Of a stretch of 64,000 bases of DNA, positions 38,850-50,720 are shown in pieces (position 1 is the first letter of the stretch; each line of letters begins with the position of its first letter). The notes beneath the pieces are model-generated. The model was not told the origin of the DNA. It saw only the letters and a list, made by a program, of their open reading frames with translations, and made no database searches. Source of the stretch: Lepidodermella squamata (lineage: Eukaryota; Animalia; Gastrotricha); NCBI GenBank assembly GCA_047495785.1, contig JBLDXI010000013.1:1178001-1242000 (forward strand), written 5' to 3'. The position numbers were made by a program, and so were the translations under genes.

Positions 38850-39447
38850 ATTTTGGAGTGCCCACTTGGCACACCCTATACTATTCAAACTTGACAATCT
38901 GTCGAAAATTCTCACTTCTTTTTTAGACGACATACCATCCAAATGATCGTCATCGTGTTTGGGTCACCTGAACTAATCCCAACAACGCGATACGACTTGA
39001 GTATTTTTTAGGCAATATGCATTGCGTGACCCGAGCTAGTTTAGAATTTTTTAAGAATTCACGCTAATTTTGATTCACGCAAATCCATTCTTGTGATAAT
39101 GTATCACGGCACGGGTGAGATTTAATCAAAGAGCAATGCGTATTTGCGGTTATTTTTGGCACTATTTTATATTGCAAAAATAAAAAATAAAAAATGTACG
39201 CACACCTGCTGGTCAGTGTTATTTTGCTCTACTACCCAAGTCCATTCCTATTTCGGTATTGTTGAAGCTCTTACTCCATTCGTGCGCCTGTTGAATTAAT
39301 TACGATGCGTTTGAATAATTGATGTGCGGATATAAAACCTCGGTCTTTGGTCCTTCAACCTTCAACCAATTAAAACAATGTTGCATCGATTCTGAGCGGA
39401 AAAGAGGAGATTTACTGCACCCTCATCTCTATTGAGAGAGGTATTAA

Positions 39448-41842
39448 ATGCTTACCATTAGCGCAACCAAGAGACATTGCACGATAGGAAAGCTATGCCT
39501 CATTATTATACCTGTCGTATCTCTTCTCGAGCTTGTGATACTGCTTTTCGGCAATCAACTTCTGGTTCATCTTTCGGCAACTCAACTCTACTTTCACAAA
39601 TTGACGGCTAGGCCAGCTGCTTCGAAACACAAATCTGAAACGAAAGTCGATCATTACGTTAGGATTTTGCTGTCTTATGAGCCGCGACTTCCACTCGCCG
39701 ATAATTTCACAATACCTTTAAAGCCAGCGAAGCGTATTGCTTTGATTATTAGGGTAGACGAGTCGTTCGCCGTTGACTGTTCGAAACCGATTTTCCAAGC
39801 TCAGCAAATAGTAATAGCCCAGCCTGGGGTGTCCTGCGCTTTGTATGTCCCATTCGACCGAAGATTTGTCTGGCGAAAAGCTTGGCTGGAGGACAACGTC
39901 AGAGCTGATATCGAAGTTATTACAGTAGGCGATGATTTGGAATTTGCACCTCGGTGCAAAATCGGCGAAAAAACGAATGCGATCGGAGATTTTTCCCACG
40001 TCATTTCGATAGATTTTCCGAAAGGGTATGGCACTCACCTGCAAACAGCTATTTTGCAGTTTTCAAGGCCCAGTAATTCGCTCAAAGGTTTAGTTGCCTT
40101 TGAGGATGAAATCATCGAAGAGGATTGCTTCAATAACGCTGACAACATCAGTTTCGACAAATTCTCAAGTTGCTACAAAGGAATTTTGTTGCATAGAGGT
40201 TGTTATGGCTCCAAATCTGCTAATCAGAAGAGACCGGGCCAAGTGCTGCCAATGGAACCTTTATCACTAGATTCTTTTCCGTCCAGCTTGAGCCCAAATT
40301 TCAAGTTTGCTGCATCAATATTCGCTGGTTCGGCTGATCACTTTCAACTCATGTGCCAAAGTTTAAGCGACTGTGGCTTTACCAGCCAATGCGTTAACAA
40401 ATATTTTCGAGAAGTCGAAGAACCAAAGCAAGTAATACTATCCAAAGACACTTCAGAGCCATATTACGGCGATCTTTCAGTAACGCAGAAGTGCATTGAT
40501 GTCACCCGCGCTCTGGCTGTTTCAAGGAGACGATTCCAGTTGGCTAAACTTATCGCCTTAAAAATACAACAGTCATACTTTCGCAACGTTACTAGATGGC
40601 TTCGAGAGGCTGAAAACAACTCTTCGTTTCTGGCTAGGAAATTTCTTGTTTACACTTGCGAAGATTGGATGGTTTGTGGAGGTAATTCGTAAATTTGTTC
40701 CTTTTCCCTCTTTTAATCTGAGAATTATTTAAACAGGGTTAGGCGATCGGTTGCGAGGGGTAGCCTCTCTTCTTTATGTAGCAATAGCTTCCGGCCGAAT
40801 CTTACATTGGGATTGGGAAAAGCCGCTCAACGTCGACAAATATTTTGCTGTAAATGATGAGTGGTATATCGACCCTGATCTCGGCGTGACGCAGATGATT
40901 TATGGCCGTCAACGGTCGTTGAGTAGAGCCCACCGTCATTGGTGGTGGCCGATAGATGGATTAAGCAAGACGCTACTAGCTGAGCTGAAAAACGAGACAT
41001 TCAACGAGGAGCACGAGCAGTATTGGTCTTACGACATGACTTGCAACCGGCTGACCCCGTTGGTGCCAACTTTTCACAACGCAGCTTTTCAGCAAGTGCT
41101 GAAAGAGATTTTTCCTGAAATTTCGGAATTATCCACCGAAAATTCGGCCTTTGACATAGACCTATCGATTATCATCTCAGCTGCGTATCAAGCCATGCTA
41201 TCGAACCCGCAGCCTAAGCTGACTCAACTGATGAAAGAAATCGTTTTGAACTCAACCGGAATCCCGTCTTGGAAGCAATGGTTGAACGGCAACAATGGGA
41301 AATTCGTAAAAATAGGCATGCAAATCAGGATGGAAAAATCGAACTGGCAAGAAGGTGGGAATCGTGTGAAAGATAAGCAAATACAATGCTTCGCAGCTAT
41401 GGCGCTCGATTTGTTGGAAATTTTTCGAAAAACAAGGCCGACTCCTGAACTTGAAAAGGTGTTCATATACATCACAACAGATTCGCCAAACGCAACTGCA
41501 ATGATTAAAAATTTACTGCCGAAATCAAGCGATGGCAAATTTATTGTTTTCGATACAGACTCTGCCTTTGTATCGCTTAACGTTTCGTTGAAACATCTGG
41601 ATAGATCTGGGGTATCGAAAGATCCGGAAATGGCGTGGCTAGAAATCGCGAAAGTTTACATGGATTGGTTGCTGCTGACTCAGATGGACTTTCTTCTGAT
41701 AAGCCGCTCAGGTTTCGGTGAGACTGCGTCGCTGCACTCCTTGGCGCCTACTTGGCGACTGATGCATGGCGAAGTGACTGAAAAGAGACAATGCCCATTT
41801 GTCGAATTTAGTCGTGCGCAAACTGATTTCGAATTTCGCTAG
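39448..41842 (+). CDS. Type II fucosyltransferase-superfamily protein with extra N-terminal domain, copy 2
   Basis: Two exons joined at VCGG|LGDRLRG; KIGMQIR; IYITTDS; DWLLLTQMDFLLISRSGFGETA; N-terminal TM. Confidence 0.82.
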
Positions 41843-42023
41843 TCATATTTTGCAATAAATGACTGCAATAAGATATTTAAAAAAACGTGGTTTTATTCAC
41901 AACAAACTTTTTCATTATCAAGAGACGGGCTATAACAAGAAAAGCGGGGAGATGTAAGTACCTAAGCAATTATTTTAGAAAAGTTGTCGAAGCGCCATAG
42001 TCTCAATTCCCGGCATGCCGAAG

Positions 42024-43326
42024 CTAGCTACACTGGTAACCGACGCAGTTACATTCATCATAATTACAGCAAGTGTTTATGTCGAAATCAGAATCAGAAG
42101 AGAAGAATGATGAAGCCAAACAGTCGTCCGAATTGCCAGTATAGCAGTATTGCGCAGTATATCCACTTTTTGCCTGCCGTTCGAGCTGAAGACATGTAAA
42201 TAGTTGGAAGAAAATGTAATATGATAGAGACAGACTGTAATCACCTTGCAATATTTAACTTCTTCGGGGCACTGAATCACAGCCGCCTTCTCACAAGTTG
42301 AAGAATCCGAGGTAGAACAGTTGTAGCACTTCAGAGCAGTAGACGCTATGATAAGGCAATCAACATCAAATTAATTTCACACATTTTTATTGGAAATCTT
42401 ACTTTTAGGCATAGAAAGCGTAGTTATCAGCAAGTTTTCCATTATTTTAGCTGTTGAAGTTGCTCCCTTCACGCCGTTTTCCACAACAGAATCGCACTGC
42501 AAACCTAGGTCATTGTTCAGTTTTGCTCTAAATTGAGGGAAAATAGACCAACATACCTACGCAATTGCAACCGTCGGAATCGCAGCAGGTACTGATATCC
42601 CATTTCGATTCAATTCCAACGGAGCTTCGCTTTCTTGCGACCTTTGGCATACATTTGCTTTCCGTAGCGCAAGACTGAATTGTAATATCTGTCTCTTGTG
42701 ACCACTCAAGCTACGATGCCGTGTAAATTTCACGGTGTAAAAACGAATTATATTAAGGTAATTTGCTCACCATGCAGTAGGGTGTTGCATCAGGACAAAT
42801 GCTGGGAGACGGCGAACCAGCGCATTCCGCCCTTTTGTTGTGGCATTGAAAGCAGCGAATTCCGGGGGTTTCGCCATGTTCAGGCAATGCTGTTTTTTTT
42901 GCGATCAATTCATCGCTTGAATCGAGTGAATCGCACTGTTCTCCTGAAAAGAAATTGAAAGTGCTTCAAGGCGAAAATCACGAATATAAACCTAAGCAGT
43001 TGCAGCCAGTGTAGTTGCAGCAGTCATTTATATCACCCGTAATATTATTCACGTGCCAACAATCATCTAAGTTATCAACGCAAACTTGATGAGCATAATC
43101 GGTTGCAGCAGTCCATTTTAGCTGCGGAAGAAAAAAATGCAGAGAAAAAAGTGACAAACGGCGCGGAAACCTGGCAGGAAACGGATGATTCAGGACACTC
43201 AGCCACACTTCCAGATTTGCAATCCTCCGAAGATCCTAAGCACGAGAAGCACCGAATCGCCGAGCTGTAGCCGACTGTTGCGCAGATGATGAATGAAAGC
43301 GTCAAAAATTCACTGTTTAATAACAT
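42024..43326 (-). CDS. Secreted three-domain Ly6/uPAR (three-finger) protein
   Basis: Signal peptide, then three units (I/L)(R/K)C(F/Y)xC...CCxxxxCN joined in frame over ~7 exons: IRCFSC..CCNYTGCN, IRCFQC..CCDSDGCN, LKCYNC..CCNYDECN. Stops with no GPI tail. Confidence 0.8.
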
Positions 43327-43956
43327 GATTTATTATTTCTGGTTGCTTCGCCTTGATTGTTCTTCGCCTTTGTACGATGCCTTTATATATGTGTGGGTCA
43401 CGTAATGGCCCAAATGGCCCACTTTGAGTCGTCATTTGGGGTCTTTGGAGTCGAGCCCAGTTTCAGCAAACTGCGTTACGTGCTTCGTGTGCACACCTGT
43501 TACAGCTTGTTCTGGTTCTGGATTTTTTTTACAAAAGAAACTGCAGTTTTACAGCATTGCAAGTCAGAGAATAATCTTGAATCTCAATCCTATAGTGGCG
43601 AAATCTGTGAAGTTTGGCACCTATCGTGCTTCATCATCGCTGTTTTAACTTGCACGCTATTTCAGAGACACAATGCATGTAATATTTCATCGCTTCATTT
43701 TTCTGAATATAATTCAACGTGAATATGCAATCTTCAAAGAACAGATGAGCTTATGAATGGCGAGTTGATAAGACACTACGGCCGCGTTGCGGTGTCAATG
43801 CGATGCGCCAACAAACGAGGACACTAAAGCACATTCAACCTGGCTATTTTTTGTGTTTTCAAAATCTCAAAATATACAAGCAGATGTACAAGCTAATTCA
43901 CATATTTAATTGCAAAAGCATCTAAAAAAGTTTAGTCTCACTTTGACTTTCATGCA

Positions 43957-46238
43957 ATGACAGGCTTCCAGCTTTGCCATCATCGTCGAGGTAACTTTCG
44001 GCTGATTTACCTTTACTTCGGCGTAGTCAGCCTGATCGTCGCCAGCGCTACTGGTCTTCAGTTCGTCTTGGGGAAATTCGACTTTTACAACATTGACGCG
44101 ACATCTAGTTATTGGAATGTAACTTCGGGCGATTTTTCGCCGTCTTTTAAGACCTTGAAATCGATCTACCTCCGGCACAATGACTCGGACAATTCAACCG
44201 TTTCTCAGGCCGATATTATAATTGCAATAAATTTCATCGATTTGACGAAAAATCAGGCCTACAGAAAAATCCCTCGGCTCAAGTCCGAAATCGCCTATAT
44301 GTCGCGCCGTAGTGGGATGAATATTGCTTTGATTTTCAACTTCTTCAAATCAGTTGATCCAGCGGCTCAGATTGTCAATTTTTACGACGCGTTCACTTTG
44401 CCCAGCTTCATCATTGCCTTGAGATTTCGCACAATCAACGAAACAGTTTCATTGCTGAAGGTCGTTTTCAGTGTAATGCCTGATTTGCTGGATTTTCACA
44501 AGCGACCAGCCTTAGCAGTGATGGCTAAATTTGCTGATGACACACCGTTGGTAACCAATGGCATTCTATTCGAGAAAAGCTCGCTGGTTCCTATGCGAAT
44601 GATGCCTTTCAACTTGGACCTGCTGGCGGGCCGAGCAAATGCATTCAATACTCTAGCTCATCAGGTCGGACAGTGCTATTTAGCCACAAGACCATCGCCA
44701 GATTATCGAGTAGCTGAAGCCGATTTAAGGCGGTGTTATAATCTCTACCTTAGATCAGCAGAAATCCCGGGTTTTGTAATAACCCTGTCGAATCTAGGAG
44801 ATGGGAAATCAAAGGAATTCTCTGCTCAAAAAGTCGAAGGAGATTTCAAAAAATTTCGACAGCAATTACGTATGAACATGACACTAGCAAGTCAATTGCG
44901 AAAGATATTTGCTGATTCCCAACGTCGACAAGCTCAAGTCGGCGAAATAATTTCTCGACTACGGCAACACTATTTCCGGGACACAACCGAGGCAATGTTG
45001 GCAAAGCAGGCGGAAAGGGAACAGGTGGCAACCTCGAAAAACTTGACATTACCTAGGCAATTCCTAGTATATTGCTGCGAGAAGTGGATGCTTTGCGGAG
45101 GTGATTTATCTAAAATATTTCTCATTTTTTTTTATTCGATTATTGAATTCCTATAGGGTTGGGTGATAGACTGAAAGGCGTTGTTTCGCTATTTTACATG
45201 GCCTTAGTAATGGGCCGAACTTTTCACGTGGCATGGGAGAAGCCTATTGATCTTCGGCAATATTTCCAGATGAATGCCGACTGGTATTTCGCCGAAGCCC
45301 AGGAACATGAAAGCATGCTCTATTTCTTTGAATTCTACGCCGAGCAGCGACTGGAAGCCCGCCGCAAACGGCATTGGTTCTGGCCAATCGATAATAACGA
45401 GCTTCAACTTAGCAACGAACTGTTAAATGGGACGTATGTGCTAGATCATTACGCTAAAATTGACAGCTTGGAAATTACCGCAAATCGCCTCAGAACTTTG
45501 CTGTCGATTTTTTCAAATCCAGTTTTCCGCGAGAAATTATCTCTCATTTTTCCCGAGCTTGGGACATTTTATAACACGGATTTTCATGGAATCGACTTCT
45601 CCCTGCCAATATCAGCAGTATTTCAAACATTATTCTCGAGGACTCAGGGCCGGCTGGGCCAAATCATTGATGCCGTGTTGATAAAAAATGAAATTGAACA
45701 TGGATTCAAGATTGGCGTGCAAATTCGTACTTGTCGTTCAAAATGGGACGAATTAGGAGAAAGGGTCACTCAAGGTCAAATCGGATGTTTCGCGAATCAA
45801 GTACGAAAAATCGCTGATTTCCTATCGTCTCGAAAACGCTCGCCCATCTTCGTTTACGTCACCAGCGATTATTCAAACGCGACATCGTTAATCGAATCCG
45901 CCTTGAATGATACGAATAGATTTAAAGTATTCGATACTCAGGAAACATTCCGCGATGTGTACAACGTGACTGAAATTCTGCACCTCGACCGATCGGCGGT
46001 TTCTAAGCATAGTAAACTTCAAGCTTGGTACGAAATGGCTTCGGTCTATGTTGATTGGCTGCTGTTGACTCAAATGGATGCCCTACTGATTAGTCGATCG
46101 GGATTCGGCGAGACCGCTGCCCTTTACTCGCTTGCTCCTACTTGGCAATTCGTGCACTGGCAAGCTAATGCCACCGATTCGTGCCGTTTCGAAGATTTCT
46201 CCATGGCATTTACTACCGATAAGTTATTCAATTGGTGA
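43957..46238 (+). CDS. Type II fucosyltransferase-superfamily protein with extra N-terminal domain, copy 3
   Basis: Two exons joined at LCGG|LGDRLKG; KIGVQIR; VYVTSDY; DWLLLTQMDALLISRSGFGETA. Confidence 0.82.
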
Positions 46239-46617
46239 TCAATTCCAATATGAGGAAATAAAATCTGAAGACGTGACATCAATTTTTACGTTTTGGCCTT
46301 TTAAAAATGTGAGGCGATGTTCGTTGAGTTTTATTCAATATTGTTAAATTCACTACAACAATCGAGTCAACAAAAATTAAAGCTAGGGAAAGAAACTACT
46401 ACACTCTCGACTAATAAGTTTGCCATTTTATTGCATAGGTCTAATTAAATTAGCATATATTATCTCGGAAAAAACACCAAAATAATCAAGAAAAATGAGC
46501 CCTACGGCTTCAAAAATAACACTATTTTTCTGGCACGAAAAGTGGAAGCGTGCACAGTTAGAAGGAAAGTTATAATTGCATTTCTTCAGGAGATTCCAGG
46601 GTTCTGCATCGTCGACT

Positions 46618-47562
46618 TTACCAGCTTGAATCCTGAGCCGATTCGTCAGTTCGCTCCTCCTTGTCGTCCTCGGTCAGCGAAGATGAAGCCATTTGAGTCG
46701 AAAGCAAATCCTGTTCAGTTTCGGCTGTCTTATCACCCAGCTCCTCAGTCTTTTTCGGCGTCGTCGGGACCGCTTCGTTCGTCGACGGCTGGCCAGGGGT
46801 CATCGGTTCAGCAGATGGTACAATCTGCTCGCACGACGGCTTCGGCGACTGGGCAGACGGCATGGGCGTCAGAGGCATAGTAATACCCCCCATGTCGTTG
46901 TTCGAGCTGCCTTCCTTCGGAGTTCCATGTTCATGCGGCGTGTCAGACGGCTTTTTAGTGCCTGACCACAGCAGACCGTCAGCACTTGGCGTGGCCGGGT
47001 CGCGGGGCGACGGCTTCACGTGCCGGATGCATGATGGCCACACTTTCGGGTTCAGGTTGGCGCGTTGGCAAAACACCTCAAGGTTGCGCCTGAAACCTCA
47101 TTAATTTAATAATGTTACATTGTGAATCAAAAGGAGACAGGTTTTATAATCGAGACTAATAAACTTGGGCAGAAAATATGAGTCAACAAAAATTGAGAAG
47201 ATCTCTCACCTGAATTCACTTTGATACTCAAGAAGCTTTCGTTGGCGCTTGGCAATGCCAGCATACAGTTGGTGGTTCGGGTCAAGATTGTCGAAGCTTT
47301 TCGCCAGTAGCTCAAGGCCGTCGAGGCTCAGCGTGCGAATCGTCGTGTTGTAAAGGGCATCCCACAGAGAATCGCCCGTAAGCTCCGAGTTACCTGTAGG
47401 TAAATTGGATCACTAAAAATACTTATAATAATTTTGCGATTGATCACCATTAGGAGCGGTGACACCCGTGCCTGTACTCATGGCCGGAATGCCGTTGCGC
47501 GAATAAGGCGTGCCTTGAAGGCTGCCGCCAACCTGGCTCTGCTGCTGGCTCGTAGTTATCAT
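46618..47562 (-). CDS. Uncharacterised protein (small helical core + Ser/Pro/Glu-rich tail)
   Basis: Three exons joined in frame (MITTSQQQ...; LWDALYNTTIRTLSLDGLELLAKSF...LLEYQSEFR; RNLEVFCQRANLNPKVWP...). No family recognised; start codon uncertain. Confidence 0.65.
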
Positions 47563-47685
47563 TAAAGACGTACGGCTTGGATACTAAAATCGAATGGTCG
47601 TCGCGGGAAAAATCTTATTTCTTCTCGAGCAAGTGCTGTTGTGAATGCGAATCGAGAAAAAAATCGCTGAATGAAGGTCGCGTGT

Positions 47686-47748
47686 GGCGCGTCACTAGAT
47701 TCGCAAAAAATGCGCTATTTCTGGTGACGTCACAATGAGGCGTGACGC
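47686..47748. promoter_or_regulatory. Cluster of CRE/ATF-like sites upstream of the orphan gene
   Basis: Perfect palindrome GTGACGTCAC at 47724-47733 plus half sites CGTCAC and GCGTGACGC within ~60 bp. Confidence 0.35.
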
Positions 47749-48367
47749 AACGACAAATCGGGCGCGTGTCCAGCTAGAACGCTCATGTTTTGTAGTGATT
47801 TATTTATCCGTTTATTCTTCGCCTGCTTAAACACCTGTCACGCTGGACGCTATTTATCCTGCATAGCATTTTTCATCCGAGCAAACAATGGCAGCCCACT
47901 CAACTCAGCAGCTGTGATAACTTCTGTAAGAGACGCGTAAAAACAATCCTTCAAGTTAACATTGTGGCGTTTATTTCTCTCTCATGTCACTTCAAACCCA
48001 AAAGAAATGATTGAGCTGTAAGACAAAGCTATCAGCTTGTAAGTAATACGATGAAAATAATAATATTTCAAGTAAGGCATAGAGTCAGTAATTTTATTGT
48101 TAAATTATAGCAGAAAAAATTTGTTAATACAGCAGTGTAACCGAAACCACAACCAGAACAAATTGAATGAACGAAACTAGTGCACCGCATTATTTTCGTC
48201 AGTGATAGAGATGATGTTTTGTCAAACATTTCTTAGATAATATTGCATATTAGAAGAACAGAATCCATCAAGTTTCGAAAAGTTGCATCTATACATTTGA
48301 GTTTCACAGCCAAATAAATTATCATTTCATCAACGAAATAAGGCCAAATGTTCAAGAACGATTTTAC

Positions 48368-49801
48368 TCAGAGAACGATTTGGTTCTTGCAATCGTTGAT
48401 CAGCTCTTTGTCGGGAAGCACAACTGAATTGAGGACAATTATCTCCGGTCCGATAACAACGTTCGAGCCTGGGAAAGAAATTATAAGTAATCAAATTTAA
48501 AAATAGCCAGTTTTCATACCAATTAACGTGATTGATGGGTTCAGACGTCCCTGTTCGGAGAAAAGTGGCGAGACTTCCAGCTTAGCATACGGCTTGTTCG
48601 GGTTCGGATCATTTGGCGTGCCCTCAATACGCGACCAAATTCCAATTGTTGACGACCATCCAATGATTGCGTTCAAAATACAGCAATTATCACTAAGGAA
48701 AGCGCCGTCTAGCACGATAGACTCGCGGATACGGCAACCAGCGCCGACAACAACATTTTTGCCAATCGATACATTCGGGCCCAGCTTTGCGCTAGGGTCA
48801 ACTTTAGCCGATGGATGAATGTAAACATCGCCGGTTATCTGAGGAACGCGATCATGTTTGTGATCTCCGTTAACAACGTGGCCATTTGTCATTTGATTTT
48901 GGCTCAAATTGCGACGAATATTCGTCTCGTTGGCTAGCCAATCAGGATGAGTACGTCTGTACATCTCCAAGTAGTGCCTGTTGGCGTAAATCGCAGCTCC
49001 AGCAGATTTGATTTGACTCCAAAAGCGAGTCGTTACATAGACGAAAGCTGGCGTTCCGCTACCTGCGAGATTCGGAAGAATTTCTTGCTCGATCGAAACA
49101 GCTTGGCACGAGAATGAGGTGTCCCCAGCTTGTATCACGTGACTTTTCAAAATTTGCTTGATCACAGGGATCACTTGAGATGAAATGATGTAGATTCCAC
49201 AGTTGATGTAGTTCGAAACGAAGGTTTCTGGCTTCTCAACATAATGCAAGAGCTTGCAAGTATCAGCATCGTGAACGATACAGCCATAGTTGACTGATTG
49301 AGATCGAATCGCCTCTGTCGACATGACGGTGAACAGAGAAGACTTGTCTCGATGGAATGCCAGCATATTCTCCAAATCGAAATCACAACAAACGTCAGAA
49401 TGCGTCACAATCAACGTATCAGTGTCGTCACCGAAAATCAGATCACGGAAATGATAGAATCCACCGGCGGTTCCAAGCGGGGCATATTCTTGCAGGTAAC
49501 GAATTTCGATCTTGGGAAAATCGCGGTTGATTTGCGTAAGGAACTTTGTCAAAGGTCCGTTTTGTTGATAAAACCCCAACAAGTAAATTTCTTTGATATC
49601 TTTCACCTGATAAGTACATCTCAACATAAGTATGAAATTTAATCAAAATCACTTCCTTACTTTTGATAATGCCTCAATATGATGATAAACTACCGGATGT
49701 CCAGCGACAGGAAACAGCGGTTTTGGAACATCAAGGGAAAGAGGTCGGAAACGCGTACCCTTGAGAGGTCCACCAATGAGCACGACACCCTTGACAGGCA
49801 T
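48368..49801 (-). CDS. GMPPA: Mannose-1-phosphate guanylyltransferase alpha (regulatory subunit)
   Basis: [68 protein letters not shown], hexapeptide repeats, [11 protein letters not shown], ends NQIVL-stop; 3 coding exons. Confidence 0.95.
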
Positions 49802-50720
49802 GAGAAACGAGAATTTTTTGAATATCAATAACAGACGCCCTATAAAACAATAAATAAGTAAACCAAATCCTACATAACCTACGTGAAGTCGCAAGTCCGT
49901 AGTCACGCCAAAAAGCAACACAATCACCCCAGAAAAAATGAAGGCCTACAAGAAATGAAGTCGCAAGTCCCGGACAAAGAATTAATACATAAAGTTGCTC
50001 CTCGAGAAGAAATAGAAATGAAGGATTATATAGTAAGAGATAGCAGTTAGGAAAACGGGAAACGCTATTATGAGATACCATTTGAATTTCGAGATCGACA
50101 ATTCAACAGGTTACGCTCACTTGATGATAGAACTCGTCACGAATCACGAACATCAATTCAACATGCACGATCTAACCTAATCTCCGATCTTATTGACAGT
50201 AATTATAAAGCCACAGTCAACGCCAACAATGCATAAGACACTTAGTCAGTCGCACGGCGACAGTAACATAAACCGATTAGTCTTCCGGTCTTTTCGCGGC
50301 ACTAAAAAACTGGAGCAGAAACTCTTTATAGACAATTTGAAAATGTGTTACAATTTTGTTTTGAAATTTGATATCATTTGTGCTCAATTATCATAATGAA
50401 AACACTTTAATTGCGCATGGTCATTTTTATGACAAAATAGCAACAAGAAGCTTCCTTAACAACACGTGACCCATGGGCAGTGTCTTGGCTTGAATGTAAT
50501 GCTGAGCCATCATGTAGATCGACAGATTGCTTCATCGACTTCATTGTTTAATGCACGTGCAGTTTGAATAATAAAACAAAATGCGCTGTTGGTTACTTAT
50601 GCGAAGTTTTCCTGCGCTTCCATACTTTTGATTTGGACTTTAGGACTTTGTCCGACCGATATATCTGTACTGATATTTAACATTGTGCTTATTGAATTTG
50701 GTAGTCATTACCGCATTCTA

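Noticed and set aside
35664-46238. Assigning FUT8/FUT1/POFUT gene symbols
   Set aside because: Only superfamily motifs are shared; there is no FUT8 SH3 domain, and linkage specificity cannot be read from the sequence.
50430-50610. RFX X-box upstream of KIAA2012-like gene
   Set aside because: Only half-sites are present.
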